A DNA stretch of 64,000 nucleotides from Haliotis rufescens (GCF_023055435.1 NW_025964112.1:32302001-32366000); one strand, 5' to 3'; shown: positions 50,301 to 62,761, counted from the stretch's first letter. Numbers and translations: made by a program. Notes: generated from the letters alone by a model not told the origin.

Positions 50301-53288
50301 AGAGGTGAAGATCTGTCTGACACGAGGACATGGTACAATACTACCTTCCTGTCTGGCTGGCTGAGGAAGTGTTCTTGACAGGCCAGGGCTAGACTTGATA
50401 CCAGCTTCACAAACTTTTCATTCCGAGCCACAAAGTCGGTCTCACAATTCACCTAGAACATACCAAACAAACAAATATTCTTGAAATATGGCTTTGCTAA
50501 GAATGTTAAATCATAAACCCTGTCCCTTTACAATCATTTAATGTTCTCCATCAGATGCAATGGAAGTACAGAAACCTGTGACACTGAGATTCAGCAGCTC
50601 TCAGATGTTGCAAACCAATATCAATATGACAGCTTCCACATAATCTGAACTTTGTATTCATATGGAATAATAGCTGCACATCTATTTCTAAATGACAGGT
50701 CACAGCCAATGCTCAGTTCAGATTTACATAATATAACTCTTAACAATATAATTGTTTATAAAGCTTCTCACCTACCTCCACCATAGTGGCTGTCTGCTGC
50801 TAACCTACCTCCACCATAGTGGCCGTCTGCTGCTCACCTACCTCCACCATAGTGGCTGTCTGCTGCTCACCTACCTCCACCATAGTGGCTGTCTGCTGCT
50901 CACCTACCTCCACAATAGTGGCTGTCTGCTGCTCACCTACCTCCACCGTGGTGGCCGTCTGCTGCTCACCTACCTCCACCATAGTGGCTGTCTGCTGCTA
51001 GCCTACCTCCACCATAGTGGCTGTCTGCTGGTCCCCCACCACACCAACTGTCTGCTGCTCACCTATCTCCACCATAGTGGCTGTCTGCTGCTCACCTACC
51101 TCCACCGTGGTGGCCGTCTGCTGCTCACCTACCTCCACCATAGTGGCTGTCTGCTGCTAACCTACCTCCACCATAGTGGCTGTCTGCTGGTCCCCCACCA
51201 CACCAACTGTCTGCTGCTCACCTACCTCCACCATAGTGGCTGTCTGCTGCTCACCTACCTCCACCGTGGTGGCCGTCTGCTGCTAACCTACCTCCACCAT
51301 AGTGGCTGTCTGCTGCTAACCTACCTCCACCATAGTGGCCGTCTGCTGCTAACCTACCTCCACCACAGTGGCTGTCTGCTGCTCACCTACCTCCACCATA
51401 GTGGCTGTCTGCTGCTCACCTACCTCCACCGTAGTGGCCGTCTGCTGCTCACCTACCTCCATCATAGTGGCTGTCTGCTGCTAACCTACCTCCACCATAG
51501 TGGCCGTCTGCTGCTAACCTACCTCCACCATAGTGGCCGTCTGCTGCTCACCTACCTCCACCATAGTGGCTGTCTGCTGCTCACCTACCTCCACCATAGT
51601 GGCTGTCTGCTGCTCACCTACCTCCACCATAGTGGCCGTCTGCTGCTAACCTACCTCCACCATAGTGGCTGTCTGCTGCTAACCTACCTCCACCATAGTG
51701 GCTGTCTGCTGCTCACCTACCTCCACCGTGGTGGCCGTCTGCTGCTCACCTACCTCCACCATAGTGGCTGTCTGCTGCTCACCTACCTCCACCATAGTGG
51801 CTGTCTGCTGCTCACCTACCTCCATCGTGGTGGCTGTCTGCTGTTCACCTACCTCCACCGTAGTGGCTGTCTGCTGCTCACCTACCTCCACCATAGTGGC
51901 TGTCTGCTGCTCACCTACCTCCACCATAGTGGCTGTCTGCTGCTCACCTACCTCCACCATAGTGGCTGTCTGCTGCTCACCTACCCCCACCATAGTGGCT
52001 GTCTGCTGCTCACCTACCTCCACCATAGTGGCTGTCTGCTGCTCACCTACCTCGAACATAGTGGCTGTCTGCTGCTCACCTACACCGAACATAGTAGCTG
52101 TCTGCTGCTCACCTACCTCGAACATAGTGGCTGTCTGCTGCTCACCTACCTCCACCATAGTGGCTGTCTGCTGCTCACCTACCTCGAACATAGTGGCTGT
52201 CTGCTGCTCACCTACACCGAACATAGTGGCCGTCTGCTGCTCACCTACCCCCACCATAGTGGCTGTCTGCTGCTCACCTACCTCCACCATAGTGGCTGTC
52301 TGCTGATCCCCCACCACACCAACCAGACCCTGTGACATTGGCCGATTCTGTAACTTGGTAGCCTTTGCCCATCCTTCCTTCTGTGCCTGTTCCTGCAGCC
52401 ATTTTTCTGCCTGTTATTAGAAATGCAAAAACTTAAATTTCACAGTTTTACTATGCACAACTTGAAATAAATCAGGCTTTCAATTTATATCAATCGCAAT
52501 TGGAATTTTGCTGAATTGTCAGATGAAGGATAATTAACATGGTCCAAAAACATTGGGTTGTTTTATTTGTAATCTATTTTTTTAACACTTAGTTTCACTT
52601 TTGTTCACACTTACATATTACATCTGCAAAATAACAGTATGCTATATTGAAGTGCAATCAATACTTAAAGAGGGTCATATGAGTGAGTAAGTAAGTGAAT
52701 TTGCCAGTTACATCATGTCATGTCAACATAATGTGGGAGGGAAGCCTGAAGTGATGCAGATTGCAGACATTTACCACTTTGGTGAAACCAACAGGCACGG
52801 GGATGGTGCTGACAAACCTTGAAACATAATCGGAGCAAACCGGGATTCAAACCTACAACAAAATATTCCTGTCATGCCCAAGGGATGCAACTCTGCACAG
52901 CAATTTGTGGCACCTTAGCTGGGCCACCCATCCCCCCGGTCATATGACCATACCTGGTCCTAGTTGAAAAGTTATTTATGATAATTGTGTATTTGATAAA
53001 AAGTTTGACAAAAGGACATAGAGAACCTTAAGTAGCAAGAATCTAATTCTCACATTGAGCATTCAGAGAATAATCTAAAACAATCGAACATACTTGTAAG
53101 CCAGTACTAACCAGCTCTAAGTCGCCATCAAACTGGTCAAGGGCCTTCTTACAGCTGATGAATGGAAATCCTGTCTTCTTCCTTAGCTTGCTAAGTAGAG
53201 CTTTGTCAGCTCCTGTCTGACCTGTGGCCAGTTCACGGGTCAGTGTGATACTAACTGCCCGCACAATGCAGGTGTGTATTTTCATCAT
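46905..53288 (-). CDS. TSFM: Mitochondrial translation elongation factor Ts (329 aa from Met 53288). Exons 53112-53290, 52282-52410, 50345-50452, 50024-50195, 46905-47308
   Basis: [52 protein letters not shown] (UBA-like N-domain), [14 protein letters not shown] (EF-Ts signature), [43 protein letters not shown] introns with phases 0,0,0,1. Confidence 0.96.
47852..49443. mobile_element. Non-autonomous Harbinger-like DNA element inserted into a SINE in the last TSFM intron
   Basis: TIRs GGCCCACTTGCACAAA / TTTGTACAAGTGGACC; subterminal GATCTTAG/CTAAGATC repeats; flanks rejoin to family D SINE (GTGATGCAG|GTC), probable CAG TSD. Confidence 0.65.
49760..50019 (-). mobile_element. SINE-like repeat family C, near full length
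   Basis: CCTGTGAATCTCTGGGTTAG...CTTCAGCAACCCATGC...GAATATTGCTGAGTGC...(AAAC)n tail. Confidence 0.75.
50024..50195 (-). CDS. TSFM: TSFM exon
   Basis: tttgcag|[42 protein letters not shown]...FVHVS G|gtgacc. Confidence 0.9.
50345..50452 (-). CDS. TSFM: TSFM exon
   Basis: ttctag|[36 protein letters not shown]|gtagta. Confidence 0.92.
50767..52305 (-). repeat. 33-bp tandem array made of the TSFM exon end plus 5' splice site (~45 units plus two 27-bp variants)
   Basis: Sense unit CAGCAGACAGCCACTATGGTGGAG|GTAGGTGAG; the first unit is the genuine exon end. Confidence 0.97.
52282..52410 (-). CDS. TSFM: TSFM exon (129 nt) whose 3' end seeds the 33-bp array
   Basis: [43 protein letters not shown]|gtaggt. 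Confidence 0.92.
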
Positions 53289-53290
53289 AC
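53112..53290 (-). CDS. TSFM: TSFM exon (presequence and N-terminal domain)
   Basis: ttacag|GT ATG ATG AAA...GDLEL|gttagt. Confidence 0.92.
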
Positions 53291-54828
53291 CTGTAATTAT
53301 ATATTACATCAAATACTTCAAACAACTTCTGCAGACTTCTGCAATTACTTCTGCAGACACGTGGCCCAAACAGGTTTGCTACCCCAGATTATATGCTTTT
53401 CTCTACATGTTATCAGTCACTACTAAGCCATCCACAGATTCATTTATGCAAAGCAGTATAAAACAACATTCACTTATTGTTATAGCGATGTGGGGATTAT
53501 AAGGCAAAAACTGTTCCTAATCCCATGCTTGTCATATGAAATACTTGAAGGGAATCAGGTTTGTTTGTTGTTGAAAATTGTACGCAGCAATTTGCCATCT
53601 ATATGACAGCAGCCTGTAAATAAGTTTGGACCAGACAATCCAGAGATTGATATTGTGAGCAACAATCCATGTCTCGGGATGCAATGACATGCAATACACC
53701 AAATTTCTGAGCATTACCACCCATCCATTCCATCGGCTCTTACGACCAGCACTAGCTGCGCTTTGAACAGTAGTTCAGTTACATGGGGTGAGAACTGGTG
53801 TGTCCTAGGTGTTGCATGTCACAAACGCTACACGTCAAAATGGACGCATGAAAAATATGAATGGCTACAAACACAAGTCAGAATTACCACATTAGTCCAG
53901 TAACATACTGTCATAACCTGGTTATTTACAAGTAACACATTTATAATCACCAATTTCGTACTACGTACTACAGTGTCCTTTCTCTGGCGTTAATGGGATT
54001 ACGCTAACATCATCAAGGAATGATGCAATGTGCATGACGGCACACTTACTTAATTCTACCATATATTAATCTGTAATTCCATCTAGTGTAACTAGTTTCT
54101 GATAATATACAACGACCCACCTTGTAACATGATGACCATGTAGTTTGTTTCCCACCCGGTACATGCAAACACGTGAAACTTGGAAACAGATCTTCTGTCA
54201 TTAGAGGAAGGCTTTTTACGTAGGGAGAAATCATTGTGGTTATTGGTAGTGTGGGGTCCTTTTAGGGTTTGCAGAAATCTGGTATTCAACTTTCAAATAA
54301 GGTTTCAAGTCAGATTTTTCAATACTACTACTCAGTCACTCAACCCTTCCATTTCCGTCAACAGCATGTAGTGTTTTATGTACAGCCTGGCGCATCCCTC
54401 TTGCTTTTAAGCATACTAATCACGCATTTAAAAACAAACATAAAAAATAACAATTAAGTAATAGACTATTTTCATATTTTCAATTCAGAGGTATTTTAAT
54501 ATTCCGTTCGTTTCTTTAATTGAGAGAAATGTTAATACAATATTCAATACAATAATGTACAACGAAGTATGATCCGGCTTTCAGTCATCTCTGCAAAGCT
54601 AAAACATTAATTATAATAATGATAACCTGAACTTGGATATTTTATTTTCAGTTTGAACATTTAAAGCAACATTTGGCGTAGACTACAGTGGAATACTCAG
54701 ATAAATCCCTGTCATGAGTGCAACATTAAACTTTTTCGTGAACAGCAACACACATGCAACTCGGATAAGCAATTGTTAATCGTAAACGTATTAACTCTGG
54801 AGTTCACCCGTTCAATAACATTCAAGGA

Positions 54829-55105
54829 GGCAGGGGTGGCCCAATCGTCTAAGGCGCTGCAATTCGTTGAGCACTGTTGGGTTCCTTGTAGACGTGTCAG
54901 AAACCTATGATAGTGGGTTCGAATCTCGGTCCGCCCTGATTATGTTTCTAGGTTTGTCAGCACCACACCCGAAGTCGTGGGTTTCACCAATTGGAAAGTA
55001 GGGACCTGCATCACTTTGGGCTTTCCTCCGGCATTAAGCTGTCACGCCGTACATATCACTGAAATACGCATTGTTCTAAGCGGCTTAAACCCAATTAACT
55101 TACTC
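54829..55105 (+). mobile_element. tRNA-derived SINE family D
   Basis: GGTGGCCCAATCGTCTAAGGCGC head, GGTTCGAATC B-box, ACTTACTC tail; minus-strand partial copies near 52690-52935 and 47762-47851/49444-49490. Confidence 0.65.
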
Positions 55106-55210
55106 AATAGTGTGGCGTTAAACAAGAAACTGTATGATTTGAGCAAGGAGTAATACGGTCATATTCAGTTTAAAAATTGTAACTAACTGCTGACGGATAA
55201 TCCTCAAACC

Positions 55211-55320
55211 TGGGCCCCGTTACACAAAGCTATCTTAGCGCTAAGGTGATCGTAACTCCCATACTTTAACATAGGCTTGCGACAGTCGTAGCGCTAAGAT
55301 TGTTTTGTGCAACGGGCCCA
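55211..55320. mobile_element. 110-bp palindromic MITE
   Basis: TGGGCCCCGTTACACAAAGCTATCTTAGCGCTA ... TAGCGCTAAGATTGTTTTGTGCAACGGGCCCA. Confidence 0.7.
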
Positions 55321-55414
55321 TGCAGGACATTATTTGTACAGAATCCATTTCTGCCTATTTGTCTGAGGTTGGCGTTTTCTTATAGTGGCTGCTATAACTA
55401 TATATTATACTTAC

Positions 55415-55488
55415 CCATAACGCGTTTAGCAGAGTGACAACTTTCCACAACGCAGCTTCATATATCCAACAGCGTGCAAAACTTAAGC
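55415..55488 (-). other. TSFM: Putative TSFM 5' exon (mostly UTR; ends ATG G, adding Met-Gly in frame); contains an 11-aa uORF at 55426-55461
   Basis: ttgttacag acceptor at 55489-55490 and ATGG|gtaagt donor; phase 1 matches the GT at the start of exon 53290. Confidence 0.55.
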
Positions 55489-55650
55489 CTGTAACAAGCA
55501 AACCAGTGGATGATAGCGTGAACACCGAACGCGCCGTCCGCGTATTATATTTTACAAAGCTAGAGGACCATGTGACATACTGGGGGTCCTATATTTGAAA
55601 AGTCACCTATGCTAATTGATTCAGTCACAATCTTAAAGGTCACCCATTTA

Positions 55651-55743
55651 CACCCCCCCCCCCCCCCCCCCACCCCCCCCCCCCCCCCCCCCACCCCACC
55701 CACCCCCACCCCCACCCCACACCCCAACGCACACACACACACA
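55651..55743. repeat. Poly-C/C-run tract followed by (CA)n (G-rich on the TSFM sense strand)
   Basis: Directly visible. Confidence 0.9.
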
Positions 55744-55767
55744 AAAACGCCTATGTATTCATCTTAC

Positions 55768-56525
55768 CTCACGCAGGAGCTGAAACGAGTATAATAATTT
55801 TTATATATGAATACAGGCACATGTGTCTTTCTCTTAAGCTATGCTTCATTGGATACATATCCAAATATGGTAGTGGCCCGGGATACATACGGTGGCACAT
55901 CTGTGAACGGTGCAGGTAGTAATAAGTCTCTTACTCTCTCACTCTCCCGATTGTAAAATGTGTATATGCCATGACTTTACAATCGTCTATTACATTTAAA
56001 CTCCTTTATAAACCATCGCCGATTGTGCTCGAAAACCTATATCATGATATATAAAAATAAAAGAAAAAGAAACATATAATGGGAGAAAAACGTTTTTAAC
56101 AAAATTGTGATTTTTGTTTGTTTATTCCAAGAAAGTGCACTATTTATCAATATGTGTATGTGCACGCCTACATTAAACAAATTAACAAGACTTGCTTTCC
56201 CATGGATTAAAAACTCCGGGAAATGTGCTTTGTTTTCTGTGGAAAAAGAGAGGTGTCTTGAACTGAATACACCCTTTTATGAAGGAGATAACGCTCTCTT
56301 TCTGAAAAAGAATATTGTTTATAAAGATTACATTGATAAAAAGTTCAAAAAGGTATTCCATTCCTGTCGTACATCTATTTACGTCAAGCAGCAAAACCAG
56401 GGTAACTACGTCATAAGCGTTACTGTAAGAACAAACGGAATATATAACGGGAGATAACTGTTTGGGGCCTGAATAGTTAGCGAAATCCCGTTTACAGACG
56501 AGATCACACTTGCCATGCTAAGAAA
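55768..56525. promoter_or_regulatory. Putative divergent promoter region TSFM/CASC3
   Basis: Divergent genes; two TACGTCA CRE-like motifs near 56380 and 56408; YY1-like AAAATGGCGG overlapping the CASC3 ATG. Confidence 0.5.
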
Positions 56526-56633
56526 ATGGCGGATAGACGTCGGAGAAGACGAAGAGAAGATGGAGGAGAAGATGAAGGCGGGGCAACCGATACACTAAAA
56601 GAGGGCTCTACCAAAACTAGAGCTTCTGAATGT
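56526..56633 (+). CDS. CASC3: CASC3 exon 1
   Basis: aaaATGGCGGAT...RASEC|gttagt. Confidence 0.88.
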
Positions 56634-59600
56634 GTTAGTTACGTTTTTCATGCTAAATACTGCCGACGGAAATGGAGGGACTATGTCAAATCGTTTCGTT
56701 GAAGACAAGTCTCGTCTTCAGAAAGTTCAGAATGTTTCGCATTTTTAGAATTCATTCATTCCAAAACTTGGAAATCCTTGTTAATATTGTTCATTTTGAC
56801 AATTTTATACACGTGCCGATAGTTAATGAACTGTTTTATTTAGATTTTAAAATCCGGGGTTGTTCAGTAGAGTCAGCTCTGTTCTTCCCGTGATTATCGT
56901 GCTTCTCATTCGTCTTGGTAGGCATATCTACAAAATGTAAAGAAAAAATAGGTTTGTTTATCATGGAAGGTTGTATGCTTTATATGACCGACCATAATTA
57001 ATTGTATTTTTAAGCAATGTAAGATCAATGTGGACATTAGCTTCTTCAAGTCTGTGGCTGGCCGTTTTGTAATATTGTAATGCCTTTTCTAACTATGGCA
57101 ACTTTTAACATGCCTGATTATCCTTACCCATTGTAAATGCAACAAAATTCATATATCATCACTCCAACAGACCATATAACCACTTTACAGGTGATCGATG
57201 GGCCAGGTCACGTTTTCCTTACTGACAAGCAAAGTTGGACCCTAATTGGTTAACCTCTTTCGGGTATATCTGTATCCTATGGATGCCATTAATATTTCAT
57301 GCCAAGAAGTCTAGTTTCTTGCTCTGCAACAAAAATTGGAGTTGCACCTGACTTGACACTGTCAACATTGATCTTGCCTTTTATCCTGTCTCTCAGTGTT
57401 TGCTCGGGTACAGAGAAGTTTAATGCCGCTTTATGAACTGCAACTTTATTGTTTTTGACTTCTAAGTAAGAATTAGTCAAAGCTGTAGGCGAGTAACTTT
57501 TGTATCCCTGTCGTGAAGGCATTGGTGAACCCTAAGAAAATGAAAAAAAGCTATACGAGATAGCCCGAAAATGTTTCCATAGTTTTTTAATTTTAACTGA
57601 CGGCAGCACCTCAAGTCACATGACTTATGTTTATGGACATCTAGACAATGAGTCGATGAGATGTGAGAAGGGTGGTGCTTACCATATATATTTTATTTGA
57701 TGTTTTGTAAATATGAAATTTGGTATTAGTGATCTGGGGCTATTTATCTCAGTGTTGGACATTTGTTTTTTCTGTATTTATGTGTAATATAGTGATTAGG
57801 AACATTTTTGTCAGCAAGGTGTGTGAGCAAGTCAAATGAGACTTAATTTACGAGATATCACGATAATTACCGCAATCCATGAATCAAGGTTATCAACAAA
57901 TTTAGGAAAGGTTTTGTATATAACCAAAAATGGAGAAGATATATTTGATGTTTTCATTGTCCTCTTAATTTTTGCTGCAAGCTCCTAGGTCCCTGTTAAA
58001 GTGGTTTACATTCCAAAATCCATAATACCTATTGAACAAGAATCACCAAGTAATTAGTATGTGTATAAGCATGATAAGTTGGTTTTTACAGGTGCAGGAT
58101 AAAACAGCATCTCATCAAAATTGATGGCGAAAAGACCATCTCCGTGGTCTAGTGGTATTGTTTTGATAATGATAAGAACAGATTTTATGCTAGCCATTGG
58201 TGATATTCATATATTCTTCATTTATATTTAGGGCTGCAATGATACAGGAACGTCACGATACGATACGTATCGTATCGTGACCAGAATATCGAGATGCGTA
58301 TCTCGATAAGCAATGATAAAAAAAAAACAAGACTTAAAGCATGGAAAGATTGAACCTTTCATGATTTTGGAACAGTCAAAATTATTTTATATAACAAGAC
58401 TACTGAAGTTGTTCAACTTTCCTTCAAAACAATTCAAAGTTCAAACACCAGGAAATAATTAATGTACTCCACCAGGGATACAACTTCAAAGAATTTTGAT
58501 GCAATGGTCGAAGAAATTGTATCTGAAATTATTGTTTTATCAGGAATAATTTATTCCAATATCGTGTTACCTTAGTTGCAGCTTTTACTATATAATTATA
58601 TATTTATAATTATAAGAACCACAAGTGTAACATTTTGGTACTGGTAATTTTACTACTAATTTTACGTATGGAACAATTTGACCAGTCACCCTAGGGACTT
58701 CCCGTGCTACATGTATTTCGATTGCGATAACGTTATGTTGACATATTTTAGCCAAATTGCCACAAATATGACTTTTAATGAGTATGGCATTTTTAATATA
58801 TGTATCCATTCTCAGGCAACTAAAGTTCGTTTCAATGTGTCAAAAGCGGTAATCTGACCGTTGTTGCTGTATTTCTTCACACACGATTTCACATAACTTA
58901 ATGAGAACAATATTAAATGAAATTTTGAATAAAATTAATAAAATATATTACAAACACAAGTCCAGATATACAATGAACAAGTTTTAATAACAAGATAGTA
59001 TAATAATGGTATTGAATTGCGTACTTCAGTTCGTATTTGCTGACTGGTATTTTCGGTGTTATGTGCTTGCGGTGATCAGCTGATAATGTTTTATGAGATG
59101 GGGAAAAACATCTGTCAGTGTAAAACCTGAGCTTATTAAAAATGTAAGTACGTTTTTGGGAGCCATGCGTTAGCGCGCTCTATAACCAAGTTAGCGGTTT
59201 ATTGAAAGGCACAATACCGAGGAAACGCTGTACTTGAGATTTGCGTTCCGTATCGTGGCGTATCGATAAATGGACCCACGTTTATCGTATATCGTATCGT
59301 GGGTCAAGTATCGCGATGCATCAGAATATCGGTGTATCGTTTCACCCTTATTTATATTATATCAATGGTTCATGACCAAAGTGTCAAAAATCTTTTATGT
59401 AGTAGGACTGAAATAAGGAATGGCGAATTTGTAATGTTGTAATGTTCAGTACCGAACTACCCAAAAGCCCGGCTTTGTGCATCAATGCTAAGGACCCTAC
59501 TGACGAAATTATGATGGGATTAGTAGAGATAAACAAAGCAATTAGTGGCACCAAATTACCTTATGGCTTCGTCAGCATTTCTCTACTCCCTACTTCTCCC

Positions 59601-62600
59601 TGTTAGATTATAAAAGTCAAAATATACATAGTTTTAAGATCAAAGTGATCAATGTTACTTCTAGACAGGACAGAGGAGACCTACACTCATGTTCAGTTAG
59701 ACTTTGAGAAAGCTACACACAAAACCATTGTAACTGTGTTCCCGAACTCACATGTGTGAGGATGTTTCTTTCATTTTACCCAGGGGGCAGTCGGGTAGCC
59801 TAATGGTTAAAGCGTTCACTCGTCACGCCGAAGACCCGGGTTCGATTCCTGACATGGGTACAAGTGTGAAGCCCATTTCTGGTGTCCCCCGCTGTATTAT
59901 TGCAGGAATATTGCTAAAAGCGGTGTAAAACACTACTCACTCACTCATTTTACCCAGTGTCCAGAAGCTAGGTCTCACGGATGAATATAAAACTTGACAG
60001 ATCTGGACTATGTCGACTCAGCCACCTGGCCAATTTAGACTGATGATTTTTCCTCGCAAAGTGCATTTGCATATGAATTCTCATGAACTGTATTATGATA
60101 GTAAACTGTTTAAAACAATACAAAACAGTTGTTGCATTAATTCCATTAAATGGTGGCAATATATGTATATTTCTTGTTTTCTTTGCTCAGCATCGAACTG
60201 TCAAAAGTACCAGGAGCAATTAGCCACAACCGACATCAATCTGTTGAAAATATTTGAGTTCATAAACCCATGACCAGCACCAAAATCTACCTCTGTTTTA
60301 GATTTTCGACACTTCGGGCCTATACCATATTTATCATTGTCATCTATCATCCACAAATATCATTGTTATCTGTCATTGTCTCATAGAGTGTCACATTCTA
60401 TGGCATTTTACAACACTGATCTTTGAACAAACAAAAAATAATAATATTAAGACGTTTGCTTTTAATATTTTCATTTTAAATAACTTTTATATATCTTTTT
60501 TTTTGCAAATACTTCAAAATAAAATAGTTAACTGTCACGGCCATCTTTGTTATCTAAGACTAAATTAATGAGGAAATGTTGATGTCTGATATGTCTGGTA
60601 CTCTTGCTTCATCTGTCTGGTTTTCTTCTGTATCTTTTGATTGTAAACTTAAGTCAAAGTTCATGTAAAAAAATAGGTAGGCAATAGTAGCTCTTTTCTC
60701 TTTATGCAAGGATCTGTTTTCACCAGTTGGTGAAGTTTTTGCTCGGTGAAGTGTAGCTGAGGTGCCAATTTAGCTATAACCCTGTCATTGTGTTTTGAAA
60801 ATCTCCTTGTTGCATGTTGGGTAATGTTTTGTATTCATTTGGTATCTTTCATGCAGTTTCATTTTTTAGCTGATAACTAATCATGTACAATAGTTAGGTG
60901 GTGAGGACCTATTTGAACATCACTCTTTAATGAATCAAATATTGACACACGCAGACTGAAAAGGGTCAGATAAATTAAGTTTCCATGCAAGATATTTATA
61001 AGATATCAAAAAAATTCTGAACACTGTTTCTATTACTTGTAAAAATAGAATCTTTTATCTCTCTTTTCAGGAAAGTGAAGGAGAAGGCAATGGAGGAGGT
61101 AATGAATGTTTTTCATTTAGTTATTTTGCATGACAGGCTAAATTGTACTCAAAATCTAGTGAAAAATCTGATTTGGGCAAATTATGTTTGTATGAGCAGT
61201 GGTATTAACAAGCCATGAATCATTGAAAGTGATACTGATTCCTAAGGTAAAGAAAGTCATTGTCAGCTTGGGCACATTCAATAGTTTTTATCTTAAACAT
61301 GTTAAATGGACACACTTATACTGGGCAGAGACAAATGAAATGTTACTTGTACTAGTAGTCAAGGTAGTTGTCTAGTTTGTACTAATACTTTTATAACATA
61401 AGCCTCTATTCTGAAATGTGTTGAAGATTTAATATGTGATGAACTTGTGACTTTTTATTAACCATGTGCAGATGTGCTTTCTGAGAACGGGAGTGCATCA
61501 GAAAAGAAAGTGAAAGAGGTAGGTCATGTGTACCACAACCAGTGATTGTTAAGATGTGTCACCAGACTAGTGGAAATCTGAAACGAATACATGTTGTCTC
61601 CTTAATTTAGTTAATTTTACATCACCAATTGTCCAAGATTATTTGGGGACTTGTTAGATTTAACTTGTAGTTTTCCAGAGAATTTGCTGAAAATATATTA
61701 GCCAATAATATGGTTATCATGTATGCACAGGAGCAATTGTGTCAAATATTCAGTGCAATTCACAATGGACAGTATGATTCAAGTCCATAGAAAGGAAGTA
61801 TTGTCTTGTGTAAAATAGAATATGGTCATCTGCTTTGGTAAAAAATTCACTGAATATTCACTGAAGGATGAAGAGGATAGTGAGGAGGAATCAGACTCAT
61901 CAGAAGAGACGGATTCAGATTCAGATGATGATGACGATGATGATGAAGAGGAAGACGAGGATGAAGAAGCATATGATGATGATGTCATCATAGAGGATGA
62001 TGGCAGCTGGGTAGAAGAAGAAAGGCAGAGTGGTGATGGAGAGGTATGTAGGCACCTGGTAGTCAAGTAATGCAGATGAGGTCTGTGGTCTCTATGAAAA
62101 TGGTTGCCATTATTTTTATTCGTTACATGCATTATTATCATTTATATCATGTCAAGAATTCATTTGATTTAGGGCTTGGAGACATGTTTAAACAGAAAAC
62201 TGTCTTGATTAATTTAGTCATGTATTTAGGATACGTCTATTCTCTCAGATTGTCAAATCCTAAATATTTCTTTTATATACCTAGTTTCTAAAAAATTGTC
62301 CTGTTTGTAGGAACAGCAAGAAGATGGGAAGAATCTTGATGATGATGAAGACCGGAAGAATCCTGCATACATCCCTCGGAAAGGGGCCTTCTATGAGCAT
62401 GATACTCGCATGCATGGAGGTGGGGAGACCCAGCAGAAGGAAGAGGAAGACGATCAGCGGTAAGCAGGAATGAATATTTGGAATATCACTGTTGATCTGT
62501 AAGACCTCGTCCCTGAAACTATTTTCTGAAAACGGCACCAAATAGCTAAGATTGCTACTGTTCTTCACTCTTTGTTTGCTTTTACTTCAGACCTAAGAAG

Positions 62601-62761
62601 AAGTTGTGGAAGGATGAGGAAAAGTGGCTGCATGATCGTTACCGGGATGACCAGCAGGCACCAAAGTCTCGGGAAGAGCTGATAGCCATCTATGGTTATG
62701 ATATTCGTGCCTATGATAAGCCACCTGACAGTGCTCCGAAACGAGGAATGGGAAAAAGAGG
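56526..62761 (+). CDS. CASC3: CASC3/MLN51/Barentsz (EJC core protein), 5' portion; continues beyond right edge. Exons 56526-56633, 61071-61098, 61472-61518, 61867-62043, 62311-62459, 62591-62761
   Basis: MADRRRRRRREDGGEDE N-terminus, SECESEG...DVLSE, acidic tract, then the Btz/SELOR domain LDDDEDRKNPAYIPRKGAFYEHD...KKLWKDEEKWLHDRYRDDQQAPKSREELIAIYGYDIR. GT-AG with consistent phases. Confidence 0.95.
56900..57540 (-). mobile_element. pogo-type transposase N-terminal remnant (HTH_psq) in CASC3 intron 1
   Basis: YKSYSPTALTNSYLEVKNNKVAVHKAALNFSVPEQTLRDRIKG...PIFVAEQETRL. Confidence 0.7.
58229..59350. mobile_element. Non-autonomous hAT-type element
   Basis: TAGGGCTG...TTCACCCTTA termini, (GATAC/GTATCG) subterminal repeats, exact 8-bp TSD TTTATATT. 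Confidence 0.8.
59783..59946 (+). mobile_element. SINE family A, full length
   Basis: TAGCCTAATGG A-box, GGTTCGATTCC B-box, ACTC tail, TSD TCATTTTACCCA(G). Confidence 0.88.
61071..61098 (+). CDS. CASC3: CASC3 exon 2 (28 nt)
   Basis: ctcttttcag|ESEGEGNGG G|gtaatg. Confidence 0.8.
61472..61518 (+). CDS. CASC3: CASC3 exon 3
   Basis: gtgcag|(D)VLSENGSASEKKVKE|gtaggt. Confidence 0.78.
61867..62043 (+). CDS. CASC3: CASC3 exon 4 (acidic)
   Basis: DEEDSEEESDSS...EERQSGDGE|gtatgt. Confidence 0.85.
62311..62459 (+). CDS. CASC3: CASC3 exon 5 (SELOR N-part)
   Basis: LDDDEDRKNPAYIPRKGAFYEHD. Confidence 0.95.
62591..62761 (+). CDS. CASC3: CASC3 exon 6 (SELOR C-part)
   Basis: PKKKLWKDEEKWLHDRYRDDQQAPKSREELIAIYGYDIR. 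Confidence 0.95.

Noticed and set aside
50752-52335. 527-aa plus-strand ORF ([11 protein letters not shown])n, leucine-rich-repeat-like
   Set aside because: Antisense reading of the 33-bp TSFM donor array; starts at TTG; no independent gene evidence.
54050-54190. Alternative TSFM 5' exon ending TAA|gtaagt
   Set aside because: Only a donor motif; no clear acceptor or coding link.
55560-55794. Poly-Pro / poly-Gly ORFs
   Set aside because: Translation of the poly-C tract, whose length may itself be a sequencing artefact.
59783-59855. tRNA gene candidates (also ~7580-7648, ~25890, ~54830, ~58135)
   Set aside because: A/B boxes continue into shared SINE bodies with tails, and TSDs in the family A copies; these are SINE heads, not tRNA genes.
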